Assembly: GCA_009103225.1 (NCBI GenBank)
Contig: RHPI01001737.1
Coordinates: 124,001-188,000 of the forward strand
DNA from: Chlorokybus atmophyticus
Lineage: Eukaryota; Plantae; Mesostigma and Chlorokybus algae
Length of the DNA stretch: 64,000 bases
Direction of reading: 5' to 3'
In this document: positions 1 to 13,233 of the stretch, one piece after another
How positions within the stretch are numbered: the first letter of the stretch is position 1
Layout: every line of letters begins with the position of its first letter
Made by a program: the position numbers and the translations under genes
Notes under the pieces: generated by a model
Database searches by the model: none
Told to the model about the DNA's origin: nothing
The model's input: the letters and a program-made list of their open reading frames with translations, nothing else

Positions 1-1378
1 GCGCGCGAGAAGGACCGCGTTAATCAGCGCACTCACCACTATCGCTGGGCCGACGACAAGCTGTATCGACGGATACAAAATGAGGACAAGGAGGTCCCAA
101 TACTAGCTGCGCAAGAAAGCATCATCGCTGCCCTTCACACCGAGCACGAACACTGAGTGTCAAGCGCACGGCCAATCTAGTCAGGACTCGATACAGGTGG
201 TATGGGGTGCGTGAGTTTGTCAGCGACTGCCAGCAGTTTGACATGGTTCGCGCGAGCCTCAACACGCGCAACGCCACCTTGCATCCCCTCTCCATCTCGG
301 GTGCTGTTCTACCGCTGGGGACTGAACGTTGTCGGGGACTTATCACCCTCAGCACGAGGCAACCGCTACATCCTCATCATGATCGAGCACTTCTCCAAGT
401 GGGTGGAGCTGGTGCCCCTGCCCGACAAGAGCAGCGAGGGAGTAGCCCAGGCTTTCCTCTCCCATGTACTCGGAAGCTTCGACAGCTGTGCTGAAGTCAT
501 CACCGACCAAGGTATGGAGTTCAGAGGAGCCTTCGACAAGCTCATGGACAGATGCTTTATCGACCATCGCCATACTTCACGCGACCATCCACAAGCCAAT
601 AGTCTCGCTGAGCGTACCGTGCAGATCATCAAGAAGGCTCTGCGCAAGTACGTCCTCGACTACGAGAAGTGCACATGGGATGACCACCTCCCATGGGTAG
701 CTCCTGGATATCGCCTGTCGAAGCCGACAACACTGCTAGAGTACAGTCCATACTTTTTGCTGTTTGGAAGGCAGCCATTGGTCCCTTTCCGCGCACAGCA
801 GGAGGTCGACAGAGTGTTAAGTAATTTTAACAACCCCGACAAGATGCTATATGTTTTAACAGTGCGCAGCACGCTGTTCGAGCACGCTGTCCCCATGGTC
901 TTCAACAAAGCATTGCTCAGCACCGCAACACGCTTCACTACGAGCGTGTGCGCAGCGGTTTCTACAAGGAGCAAGAATGCTGCTTCCAGCCAAGAGACTT
1001 CGTCTTCCGCATGGCGACCACACACGACACCCTCGACACCTCTGTTGGGCGCTGTCTATAAGGTATTGAAGGTGTATCTTACAAAGGTACTAGACCTTCT
1101 GGGACAACAAGGCGAGCGCATGAAGGACAACATGGTGAACTGCGCGCCCTGCTATCTTCCCCACACTGCTGGCTTCGGCAAGATCCAGCACCCGCGACCA
1201 CTGCGAAGCACCCGCTGCGAGAAATGTGCAGCGCCGACAACGACCCGGTAATGCTGTTATGCGAAGGCTGCAACCAAGGCATGCACTGTTACTGCCTTGA
1301 CCCTCCATTAGACAAGGTGCCGCTGTGGGAGTATGAGTGCGATGACTGCCGCATCAACGGTCCTTCACACAACTGGTA
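1..1378 (+). mobile_element. Ty3/gypsy LTR-retrotransposon integrase remnant (frameshifted) with C-terminal PHD finger
   Basis: Zn-binding region (LHTEHEH...VREFVSDCQQ) and rve core (RWGLNVVGDLSPSARGNRYILIMIEHFSKWVE, ITDQGMEF, HPQANSLAERTVQ, WDDHLPWV, SPYFLLFGRQP). After a frameshift near 1230: CEKC..ADNDPVMLLCEGCNQGMHCYCLDPPLDKVPLWEYECDDC (C4HC3), TAG at 1376-1378. Confidence 0.9.
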
Positions 1379-1417
1379 GAAGCTGACTCCTGGAGCAGGA
1401 GGCTACCCCAGAACCTC

Positions 1418-1880
1418 AAGGGGGTGGCTTGTTGACTGTGTGTACTACAGCACAGTAGGTACAGTAAGGAGGAGAGCGTCACCAGCTCTACTAATGATCA
1501 GATCCTCGAATAGGTTCATCCTCGAGCTTATGCCTGTTGTCTGAGGGGTTGTCTTTGTTTGTGTTGCTCTAATGCTGCGCGCAGAACCAGCATGCCCACG
1601 GCATGAGCGCTCATCTGACGTGTGCCCGAGACGGCGTGACCCTCGACCATGGCAGGCACGACAGACGTCATGCCAAATACCCTTGCAGGCCAATCCTTCT
1701 CGAGCATGCCTACATCCAGCCCCGAGCCCGGGCTACCAGCATGATGACCGCGCGCGCCCTAGCCTACTGTTAGCTACCTCGTCCTTCATGTAGCATGTAG
1801 ACAGGGCTACTCTACAGATCTCTCTGTAGGAACCGCGCGTAGCTGATGAGTTATGAATTTATTATCCGCTCATGCGCTAT
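1418..1880 (+). repeat. Probable polypurine tract and 3' LTR of the gypsy element (right end uncertain)
   Basis: AAGGGGGTGGC at 1418-1428 followed by TGTTGAC at 1430, just downstream of the integrase stop. No clear matching terminus was found. Confidence 0.4.
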
Positions 1881-2384
1881 ATCAAGTCTTAAGGAATTTC
1901 GGTAGTAGCATACGGCCTCGATGTGACCGTTGCCTAGTGCCCGCGTGGCACTGCACAGTCAAGATTTAACATGTATAAGTATGAAGTCATGTCACTAGAC
2001 TCGCTGGTGACACTATGAGTGAGTACTAAGAGTAGAGACTCTGACTTTAGGAGCTTGTGAAGCGACCTGAATTGGAAGCACACCGTTCCGGTTGCCATTG
2101 ACTGCCTTACCACGTGAGACACAGTGTATGCTTTTGTGCGCTGTGCTTGTCATTGCTGTGAGCTTAGCGGTGGTGTGTTTGCTGCATCATTTACGACATA
2201 GCATCTTTGAGTTGCTTGTTCATTCACTATATAGGTTCATCCCCGAGCATATGCCTATTGTCTGGGGGGTTGTTTTTGTTTGTGTTGCTCTAATGCTGCG
2301 CGCAGCACCAGCATGCCCACGGCATGAGCGCTCGTCTGCACTGTGCCCGAGACGGCGTGACCCTCGACCATATTAGGCACGACA
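1510..2384 (+). repeat. ~154 bp direct repeat (1510-1663 and 2231-2384), probably duplicated LTR sequence
   Basis: ATAGGTTCATCC...GCTCTAATGCTGCGCGCAG...GAGACGGCGTGACCCTCGACCA occurs twice with scattered substitutions. Confidence 0.9.
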
Positions 2385-2843
2385 CTACCAAGAAGTAGAT
2401 GAAAGCACCTGCACATGGACTACCACAAGATCCATCAGTGATGTTGGCCAAAAGTGGAGCTGACATCCAAAACAAATGTTGTCTTGGCCCAGCGCTTTAG
2501 GTGCCTACAACTTAAGCTAGATTAGCACGATACGTCTAACAAAAAGCTAAGTCCAACAGCCGATCACGCGAATCAATCAAATGGCAAAAATGACTCAATG
2601 CACTGATAGCGCGAGGTGTAATTGCGCAGAATGTAGAGAATGTTGGTTGCAGCTACGTGGACCTTAAACAGCTTGCTGTAACGTCGGTTTTCCCACTCCA
2701 GTAGTACCACTTTCCCTGCACTTCATCTCCTCATGCAGGGATGTTTGCTTGACTCATACATAGACACGCGTGTGTATGTGCGTCAACGTATGCACTAAAG
2801 CTAATCTGTTTCCTTTTCATGGCACCTATTGATAGGACATCGG

Positions 2844-4973
2844 TCATCCATGGTATAGTCCAAGCAACCACAATTCAAAACATGAGGTAGAATCTTTACT
2901 AAACTTTTCACTCTTAACTTTTATTGAAAAAAAAAGGTAGGTGCACTCCAGCGTGCTTTGTCGCACATAATTATACATCAACATAAATGTGACAGCGGAT
3001 TGCATGGTATTGGCTGCTTCAGCAGCGATCTCACCTTGTGCACATTCCACGTCATAAGCATGTGTGCAATACCGTACGTGACGCTCTCGCATGATTGGCA
3101 ACAATACATCCACCGCAGCAGCTGGATTCAGGCGTTCATTGGCAAGCAGGTTGAACAACTCGATGCAGCTCTCTTCGACCACTTGGTCAAGTTTATTGCG
3201 GGTTGTAAACGGCTTTAGCACAGCAGATGTTTGCATGAGCTAATTAGTTAATGGTCGCACGCATTTCGCGTACAACCACTCTCGCAAAAATCTGCGGATA
3301 TGGGACGTAGACTTCAGAACAGAAACTCATATGGGACCTCACAACAACCAGGCCGAGAATACATGGGCCACTGCCGTGGCTCGGCATCTTCAATTTCATT
3401 GGCAGCCAAGTCTCCGACCTGGGTTGAGGAAGTCGTTGTATTTGGCACGCCCATCCTCTAATTGAGCAGAACACCACGCTGTGTAGGACGCATTTATCTC
3501 CACAAAGCGCTCGTGGTATGCCGCGGTATGAAGCCATTGCACGCGCGGCCTGATGTCACTCATGCCGCTATTGACCCCGCTCACAGACAGCATGGCAATC
3601 AAAGCGTTGGGAAAGACAATCAGCGACTTGATACCAACCACCATCGTGGCAAGCACTGCCTTGCACATGCAATTGAACTGCACACGGTCGTCTCAAAACA
3701 CTGTGTTCTTGAACCAATACGTCATTTTGGACGGCCTGTACTTGACTTTAGGCTCTTGAGCTTGTGCAAGTGCCTGCGCAAAGGGCACAATGCGACCTTG
3801 CTGCATCTGCTGCGCCCACATGTGCGTCAAGCAATTCCGAGACAGCGCCCCTTGGTCCACTGCATTACCGTTTTGTATACAATCCGGAGACCTTTGCATG
3901 TGCCCAGCAACATCATTTAGTACACAGCGATTGCAAGCGGCACGGTTGCAATACGACAGAGCAAAACGACGCAGTAAACGGAATACAGCAGCAACCAGAC
4001 TATACATGCTGAATTGCATACAGCGCCTGCATGCTGCACTGATGAAATAACAACAAAACACATGACGCCTTATACAGGTTACAGCATTACACAGACCATA
4101 CATGCCAAATTACATCCAACACGCTTAATCTCACCCCAGGGCAAACAGACGATCTTCCTGGCCAAAGTGCATCATCGCCTGCATGTGGATCATGAGAGGG
4201 CTTGCGACATGGAATCCCTCATGTCCTGTGCTGTGGATATGCAGTGCCTCCTGCTCGCCATGCGCCATTTGCGCAGCTTCCTTGATACGCCTCAACTTTT
4301 GCTGAAAGAGAACCTCCGGGGTTGTTTCTCCAATGACGACAGCTTCCCGTTTATACTCATCTGTATGTATAAATCTGGCAATGTCTGCAGGGTCGGTGGA
4401 GAGCGACACTGCATCAAGGGAATTGTGAGTGTACACGCAATACGCGTGCCTTATGGCACGCGTTTGACGACCAGTCATTGATGTCACAGCCGCTGTGAGT
4501 GGTGTCGTTCCCTTGCTCCTGGGGACATATACAACGGACGCAGTACTTCACTTGTGCATGCAAGGTGGCTAAAGTACATGCATTGATACCCGGACTTATG
4601 TTGGGGTGCGCCAAGAAGGCAAATCACCTCAAGAATGCTAACATCCACAGCGTCTCGGTCCTCGCGAGACGAAATGAATCCAAAACTGCGATAAAGTAAG
4701 ATGCTACCGAACATGCGAATCGGATCGAGTCGCGCGGAAGTTATCCACATCGAAGTACCGCTGTATCCCATGCACATCCCGAATGAAGTCCGTGTTGCCG
4801 CCTTTAACACAACGCTCAATTGAAGCGATTAATGCCGCTATTGCCTCTGCGCGAGAGGCCGGCGGTGGCGCTACGAGTTCCACCATCGTCGGCTCGGGCT
4901 CAGTCACCGCATCTTTGGTACAAGGCGCGGACCACTCACTACATGTCGGTTCACTCAACCCAAGCAATAACAC
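2844..4973 (-). pseudogene. Degenerate coding sequence of unknown identity
   Basis: ORF fragments 4704-4973, 4131-4487, 3693-4103, 3396-3683 and 2844-3236 all lie in the same minus frame and read as protein-like (e.g. SHIRRFLREWLY, ELFNLLANERLNPAAAVDVLLPIMRERH). They are broken by stops, and there is a possible GTGAG donor near 4133. Confidence 0.4.
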
Positions 4974-5630
4974 AAACTACAATAATCACATCACGGGCAC
5001 ACACCTTGACAAGCAACCTTGTCTCCATGTCATGGCTTAACTGAACCGTTCCAATTAATCAGCAAAGTGCATTTCAACTTGCGCCGACAACAGCAAACAC
5101 GAATTCGAAAGTTGGCGTGGAAGCACGCGAATGGAGTTTGTCCCTAGTTCGGGGACTTTTTTCCGAAACGGGTTACCATATACCGAAGGTGGGACGAATG
5201 GTGGTCGACTTCCCATTCAACTTAGCCCCACCAGTCACCAACAATAAGTACATACAGGGTGTATCCATTATACATCAACTACGATGGAGGCTGAACAGTT
5301 TTCATTTCGCACTAGGCATGAGCATACTAGTATGCATACATCGTCAATGACCGTGTGGCATCGCGATTGCGAACGTGACGCGATGGCGATGGCGATGGCG
5401 ATGCCTAAGCGATGGCCGACTTTGAAAAGTGGTGTAAATTGTCTGAGTGGTGTTTCTGAGAGGTGTAAATCTTCCGATTGATAGCGTAACCATGCCTATG
5501 CTCGAAGTTACAACATGTACACCACACAACTATGGCCGTGTGTGCAGCACCTTGGCCACCACGACCTGCTCTCGTGACTATCTTGTCGGATGTGGCAATG
5601 CTGTTGGCATGAGGCCGACGCAGGCGATGC

Positions 5631-6168
<538 letters not shown>

Positions 6169-6833
6169 CCATCCTTGCTGCCTTGCGCTGTATTGACCCT
6201 GCTCCTACCACAACCCGCGCACTAACCAAATCTCTGCTCTTCCTCTTTGAAACTCAGGTCGGTCACAGAGTATTGGTATCGCCTTGCAACACGCCATGCT
6301 GCATGCACATAGCAGCGCGCGGTGTAGCTGTAGCGTAGGGCCCCGGGGTGAATGAGTTTGTGTTTGGTCTGCCTCAACTTGCATGCTGTTGCTGCTTGCA
6401 CACTTTTCTTGGACTGCATAATTGTAACTTCATCTACCCTACGCTCACCTCGAAACTGGTGCTCGTTGCCGTGCAGACATGGAGACAATTAGCTGTTCAT
6501 GACACATGACTGTGGTATAGATGACACTTGAAATTCTCATGCTCGGGCAAAGTTCAGCATGGCCATCATCTTTGATTTCTCCAGTACCGCTTGTTTGCAT
6601 AGTTCTGTGAACCTGATGTATCACATGCACAGCCATGTGGCTAAGGCTAAGATCCATACTGCTGACAGCACCTTGCACTGCCATTCAACTTCCATTTGTA
6701 CAAGGCTGAACATATGAGTCAACTGGACGCACATGAATGTTGCTCGCTAAGCAGGTCTTGCCTTACCCCTGAGCACGCAGCGCTAGCAGCACATCAACTC
6801 CACTGATGACGCCATCCTATACCATACGCACAC

Positions 6834-9800
6834 CTACAACTGACGCAGAATCTCTAACACAAGTGCAACACCAAACCCAGTCCCTCGCTCGTCGGCTTCT
6901 GCGGGACCCTGCAAACAGCAAACAAGGCTGTTGATCAAACTGACACACCCAAACAAACATGCGCTCAGCATTGCAGATGTGCTTACCGCAATGTCCACGT
7001 GAAGCCATGTGCCCTTATAGTCCTTGTCGAGGTGCTCCGCAATGAATATGCCCGCGCAGCTGCTTTGCGCATTCATGCGATCCTTCACTGAGTTCTTCAT
7101 GTCGGCAATCTGCCAGCAGCACAAAACTATCAGGTTGAAACGTAAAAAGAGCCCATACAGCCCAGAGCATGCAAGCCACCCTCGTCACCTTGCTCTTGAA
7201 CTGATCACGGAAGAACTCTGGTACGTACGGCAATGGATGCGTCAAGTCTCCGCTTGTTTTGCCGGCGGAGATGGCAACCTGAACAATACATATGCCACAC
7301 TTTAGGAGCAAGCACACGAGCACCACACATGCAGATTGGCACAGGTATTGAGCCACGCACCTGCTCGAGGACATCATCATTGCAAACCAGCGCAGCAATC
7401 TTCCTGCCAGTGGCAATCAGCTGAGCCCCAGTCAAGGTGGCCATATCGATGATGGTGTCGGGTTGCAGGTGACGAGTGGCATATGCAACTCCATCACCCA
7501 GCACTAGCCGTCCCTCGGCATCGGTGTTGTTGACCTCAACTGTCTGTAAGTCAATTAGTTTAGTTGCATAAATGAGGACTGATCTGATCTGTCATGCGAC
7601 TCCGCTAACCTTGCCAGAATACATGTTGAGCACATCATCGGGCCGTGTTGCTTCGGGACCAACAGCGTTTTCGGCAATGCATAGTATGCAATGCAGCCTG
7701 TGAGGCGATCCCAGCTGTACAGCAGCTGCAAAGGCTGCCAGGGTGGCGGCCGCTCCAGCCATGTCACCCTTCATTCCAGGCTGCATACACAGTGTGCAAC
7801 ATTGGTCAATGCAAGTCTCAACACGTGCAACTATGCACCACGCTGCATAAAGTTGTGATGTTTGCATATGAAGACAGGATGCACGTTATTCCTTGAGCTC
7901 ACCATGGACGAGCTCGGCTTGATGCTCAAGCCGCCAGTATCATAGACTATGCCCTTCCCAACCTGCAGTATGGCATATCAAAGGCTGATTATTCATGGCC
8001 TTCAACAGGGACTGGAGCTGACCACCAGCTTGGGTGGGGAGTGCATGTTTTTGCACATGCAACAAGGATGAGTGCCTCTCTCACCAGACAGATGGTTTTC
8101 TTTGGAGAGGAAGGCTCGTAAGTGAGGATGACAAGGGCGGGTGGAAGCACTGCCGCCTTGCCAACGCCCCACAAACCGCCAAAACCTTTGTCCCTCAGTT
8201 CACTTCCTCGGATGACCTCCGTCTTCACATCAAGTTGCTTCTGCAAGAGGGTAACGCTGTAGTGAACCAAACACTCCAGAACACAAGCAACCTCGCAGTG
8301 CTATGTCAGCAGCAACCTACTGCTGGTGACTGAGCTGAACACTTACCACAGCTGCCAGTGCTTCTTCAACAAGGCGATCTGTCGTCATCTCACTGGCCGG
8401 TGCACTGCGAGCAGCATGTTATGAGCGGCGCACATTGCTTGCAACCGCCTCGCAGCATATGTAAATTTGTAATATGGGCTTGGTTGTGTAAGATGAAACC
8501 CAACACAATGCAGTCTCAACATGCACCTCGCATAGGCTTGCTTGTGCATGCACGCGTCCCNTCACAAACACACTGGTACCCTGTTGTCATTGCAGGTACA
8601 TGCAGATCAACTTGCGTGTCTTCGATCAATTTGCAACGTGTGTCAACCACCATTACCTGTTTGATGTGCAAGTTGCTACTGATGTCTACATCCTGCGCCG
8701 CTGCACGCCCCACCATCCAAGCAGGAGGCAACAAGCGCATGGCCTCGAGAATGGCAGCCTCTGCGAGAGGCAGCGACGGAACATCCGCATGCGTGAAGGA
8801 ACCTCTACCCACACACCGCCACCACCACCACACCCACGCCCACGCACCCACACAGGTGCCTGCCCACTTGCCCCGACCACCGCCTTGTGAGTTTGTGCCA
8901 GTGTGTCATCCAAACAACAAGAAGAGAAACAAACGGTGCTCACTCTACGAGCCGCTGTGTCAAGCGAATGCCCTCAGTGGCCTTCGCAATGCGCTTCAAC
9001 TCCTCAGACCCTACCAGGGAAAACATCTGATATGGCCTCACGAGTCACCACGACCCAGTGTGGACAGTTGAGAAAAACGGATCTGATGCATGCAGCCATG
9101 TTCACAACAGCATGCATGCAGTGGCACATAACCCAAAGGGTTGAAAAGCAAACAGCGCTCTTGGTTTGGACACAGTCAAGAGTTCAAGTCGCACACCTGC
9201 AGCAAGCGCAGATCCGTCTGCGGTGACAAATGCTGTTTTGACTACTTTCTCCTCGGGTTTGGCAACTCCGTTGTCGCTGTCAGTATTCTTGCCACTGGAC
9301 TTCACGCTGCATGTGGAAAACACAACATTAATCTCACCGTTACAATCCGACAAGCCAAACCAAAATGAACTCTCTTTGACACACGGCTTACCTGTACACA
9401 GGGAAGGCCTTGCCAACTGCACATCCAGCAGCAAAGGCGTGCAGCTCATCCTCCAGTACTAACACTACGCCTGTAGTCCCCTTGCCTGCAGGTGTGATTA
9501 AGCTTTAATGCTGCACAAAGCTTAACTGCAGCAACGCATGCATTGGCTAGCATCAATGCAACAGTCAATGAGACCAAAGACCCACCTGCAGCGCCCGACA
9601 CTAGTGATGTCACCGAGTGCGGGAAGGCTGGACTGTTGTGTCGCGAACACGCGGCTGGCAGCACAGCGGCGACAACCTTGCGAGCTTTGCCGTTGTCGGA
9701 AAACCAAGACGAGGACGAAGATCCTACAGCCAGAACACATAAGTTCTCTTGCGCTCTCGCCTCACAGAGAAAGACCTCGTTGAAATAACTGGCACTCTAT

Positions 9801-10675
9801 ACTGCCATTGTGTTGTAGCGGACGCAATGTAAACAGTAGAATCTGCATGCAGCTGTTCATACAGCCGTAAGTGAAGTGTTTGTGTTGCATGTGGCTGTAA
9901 GCAGCAGGCGACGTGACTGCGCGAATGCATGCATGGATGACTACATCAACAACCGCAGCTGCTCAGAATTGTTGCTTGACTATGCCTTTAAGCAGCCACA
10001 CCTAGCGATTATACTGGGCCATAAACAAACGAGATAATATATCAAGTCGATATGCACATAGACGCACCACTATCTCCTGGTGACGTTTGTTCCACCATGA
10101 GCGGAAATACGTCCTTGACAGCGCTAGGAAGCAGCTCTACCACCTGCATGCACATGGGCCTCAGGCAGAGCACAACGCAGCTGTCATTGCAGTTTGACAA
10201 CTGTTGCAACTGCTCCAATTCACGGATTATGTACACTACACCTTGTAGTATTAAAATGCAATTGCAAATCACTCATTGACTGCCTTGCCTTTGCAGCAAG
10301 GAGTGACGCCTTGCGCCCAACAAACACAATGCTGTCGCTGGCCAATACATCCTGCAGCTGCTCGTGGCCAGCAAACTCCAGCTTCGCTGCTGCCATTGCG
10401 TCAAGTGCAACCTTCTCCTCCACCTCAACAGAGGCCGCAGCTCTCACGCAATGGAAGCTGCTTGATCTGCTTCTGCTTGTGCTGACTGCCACTGCAGCAA
10501 GAGAGGTTTCAGCTAAGCCTAGCCTGGGCGACCCTCGCAGTAGGCGGGAGTTGCAAGAAGCAGCAGAACGAGCAAGGCGCTGCCGCTTGACGAGCACGTC
10601 ACGTTTCCTCCTCGCGCAGCGGACGACGACCGCGCCAACGACCCTAACGGCAACGCCAGCGACAGCGGCGGCCAT
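6834..10675 (-). CDS. M17 leucyl aminopeptidase, NPEPL1-like, multi-exon, with a transit-peptide-like N-terminus
   Basis: Spliced exons give LPAACSRHNSP, AFAAGCAVGKAFPVY, EGIRLTQRLVD/APASEMTTD, GFGGLWGVGKAA, VGKGIVYDTGGLSIK, MKGDMAGAA, AENAVGPEATRPDD, VEVNNTDAEGRLVLGDG, IIDMATLTGAQ, ADMKNSVKDR, WLHVDIA and ERGTGFGVAL*. Phases are consistent at the junctions checked; intron 1 (10144-10288) is GC-AG. ATG at 10675 is the likely start. Confidence 0.92.
8562..8809 (-). other. 248 bp exact copy of 14506-14753 (CYP exon, intron and part of the next exon) inside an aminopeptidase intron; probable assembly artefact
   Basis: Identical at offset 5944; begins right after the single N at 8561 and ends in CA/GT-rich low-complexity sequence. 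Confidence 0.85.
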
Positions 10676-11235
10676 AAGCAGCGACAAGCGCAGAGGGCTG
10701 AGAAACTGAACAGCCACTCACCCCTGATTGAGACAAGCGTTTGCATTGATAACCCCAGAATTGCTCCATTGAAACCGGCAAACATTTTCATGCTGCGACC
10801 AGGCGCTTTCAAGCTACGCCAATGCACTTTAGAGCTAAGTCTGCTGGCTTTCCCATCAAACGCGGGACACAGATATTTCGTTCCTCGCGTTTTGCTTTTT
10901 CCCACCCGCAATCCTACGTGGCGTCGGGTGCAGCCCCGCCAATGGCAGCTCCGCTTAGTGGACCACAACTCCGGCTCCCACGTAAGAACACCTAACCCCT
11001 TTACCCAAATATCAGCAATCTCACAGCAGCAGACGGCGTGTATATCGGCGCCGTAACGGAGAAGGTCAGGTGTTTCCGGTTCGAACCACGACGCAAGCCA
11101 TGCTTTCATCCACCACAAGTTTGCCACTGTGCTCAAGCGCACTGCCGCCGCTAGGAGGTGGTCCTCGTCGTTGCCCTTGTGGTTCTCTATTGCAAGCTCC
11201 TGGTTGACTTATTTGGGAGTAGGAGAGAGGTCGTC
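10676..11235. promoter_or_regulatory. Shared divergent upstream region of the aminopeptidase and STN7
   Basis: Head-to-head start codons 560 bp apart; no specific elements identified. Confidence 0.5.
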
Positions 11236-13233
11236 ATGCTAGCTTCCGCTTCGGCGGCGGCCGTAACCGCGCCGCCGAGGTGCTTGCGGTCCTCATGGCT
11301 GGGGGAGAGGCAGCTGCGGCCTGGGCCTGGGGTCCGCCGGCCGTGCGGCTGGCGGCCTAGGGCGGCGGTGAGGTGGGAGACCAGGGCGGCGATGGAGGCG
11401 CTGGATCACAATCTGCTCGGGTCGCTGCTCCAACACCCTTTCCTGGGCGTGGGTGTGGGTCTGCCTTGCACCGTGATGGACTGCGGGGACGTGGTGTACA
11501 GGAGCACGCTGCAGCAGAATAGCGGGCCCACCATCACGCCGACGGGGGTGGCGCTGCTGGGGTTGCTGCTGGCGTACTTGATGTCCACCCCGGGGGTGTT
11601 GCCGGGCTTCTTGGATCTCCTGCTGGCTGCGCCATTGGACCGAGTGCTGCGGCCTCCTGGCAGGCTAAAAAAGTCGGACTTCACGCTGGAGAAGAAGCTG
11701 GGTCAGGGGGCGTTCGGGACGGTGTGGTCGGCTGTGCCATCCACCAAGGCGGCCAAGGACGCTCTGGGCGGCGACGACGTCATGGCCGTGCTCAAGCGTG
11801 CCAGCCAGTTCGGGTGGGCGGAGGCGTGGATGAACAGGCGCGTCAGACGAGCTTGTCCCAACACTTGCGCATTGTTCGTTGACTTCTTCCCAGACCGGGA
11901 AGGCGATGATCCCGAGGCCAAGGATGGTGGTCCGTTGTGGTTGGTGTGGCGCTACGAGGGCTCAAGCACCCTGTTCGACGCCATGCAGAAGCGAGATTTT
12001 CCCTACTGCATGGAGGAGATAGTGCTGGGAAGGTCTCTGGATGGTGAGCTGGACCCGGGGGCTGCGCGCGCCTCCATTGTCGTGAAGGCCATGCTGAGGA
12101 CTCTGCTCAAGTCGCTCGCATCATTGCATCGCGAGGGCATAGTTCATCGTGACGTGAAGCCACAGAATGTGGTGCTTGCTAAAGATGGCACCCTCAAGTT
12201 GATTGATCTTGGTGCAGCTGCCGACCTTCGCACGGGTGTCAACTACGTGCCGAATGAGTTCTTGTTGGATCCGCGCTATGCTGCTCCTGAACAGTACATC
12301 ATGGATCAGCAAACACCGTCCGCCCCGCCACTGCCAATCGCAGCATTGCTCTCCCCCGTCTTGTGGCAGGTGGGTTGCTTGAGAATAGCTCGCTGATTTC
12401 GCAGTCGTCTTTTTGCAACGCGCGAATGTTGCAATGCAAAGGCTTGCCCTCATTGTGTCAGTGAAGTCACAAGTCTAGGTGCATTTGCAAGGCCCTGGTG
12501 TAGCAATCGCTGACAAACAGGTTTGCATCTTCGCAGCTCAACTTACCCGATCGATTTGACATGTACAGCATTGGTATTCTCTTCATGCAGCTGGTGAGTT
12601 GGGTTTGCTGGCGGGAATGATACGGACATTGTCACGTTGCGTTATGCTTGGTGCACTTTCTGATGTGTGAACGACGTTTGTTGTGCGTTTGCGCGGCAGG
12701 CTTTCCCATCCCTCCGTTCAGATAACAACCTGATTGCATTCAACCGGCAACTTGGCAACCTGAACTATGACCTGGACGCATGGCGCGAAAAGGTTGATAG
12801 GGGACGAGTTAGTGCAGATACGCGGCTGGGCTTTGAGATAATGGATGCGGATGATGGTGCGGGGTGGGAGTTGGTCAAGCAGATGGTCAGGCTGAGAGCT
12901 CGCACACGCATCTCTGCAAGCAGGGCTTTGTTGCATCCGTTCATGACAGGCGGGTTGCCGGCACTGGCGCTGCTCAACGCGGCCTCCTTTCAAGGAGACT
13001 TGTTCGATGCCGGCACGGCTTCGCTTCTTACCGCACGCATGATTGGTCAGGAGGCCGCTGGCCTTACGGAGAACGAGCTTGCCGAACTGCAGGAAGACAA
13101 AGCACCTTTGCAACGCGCGGCTCGCTTCATGCGTGGCACCATTGCGAAGATTGGGAGGAAGGCAAGGAAGACGGCCGCAGAGACCCGCCGCCCTGGCGGT
13201 TTGCTGAATCTGTTTCGCAAGGCCAGCAGCTGA
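11236..13233 (+). CDS. STN7: State-transition thylakoid Ser/Thr kinase STN7/Stt7; exons 11236-12369, 12537-12593, 12700-13233
   Basis: GVGVGLPCTVMDCGDVVYRSTL (conserved Cys pair), then a TM helix and TPGVLPGFLD. Kinase motifs LGQGAFGTV, IVHRDVKPQN, IDLGAAADLRTGVNYVPNEFLLDPRYAAPEQYIM and LNLPDRFDMYS. Both introns are GT-AG, phase 0. Confidence 0.95.

Noticed and set aside
3693-3900. HECT E3 ligase annotation
   Set aside because: The resemblance is limited to one short motif and no catalytic C-terminal motif was seen. Kept only as a hypothesis in the findings.
8516-8851. Second P450 gene or alternative aminopeptidase exon
   Set aside because: Only the 248 bp exact duplicate next to an N. The flanking aminopeptidase exons already join in phase (RLVD/APASEM).
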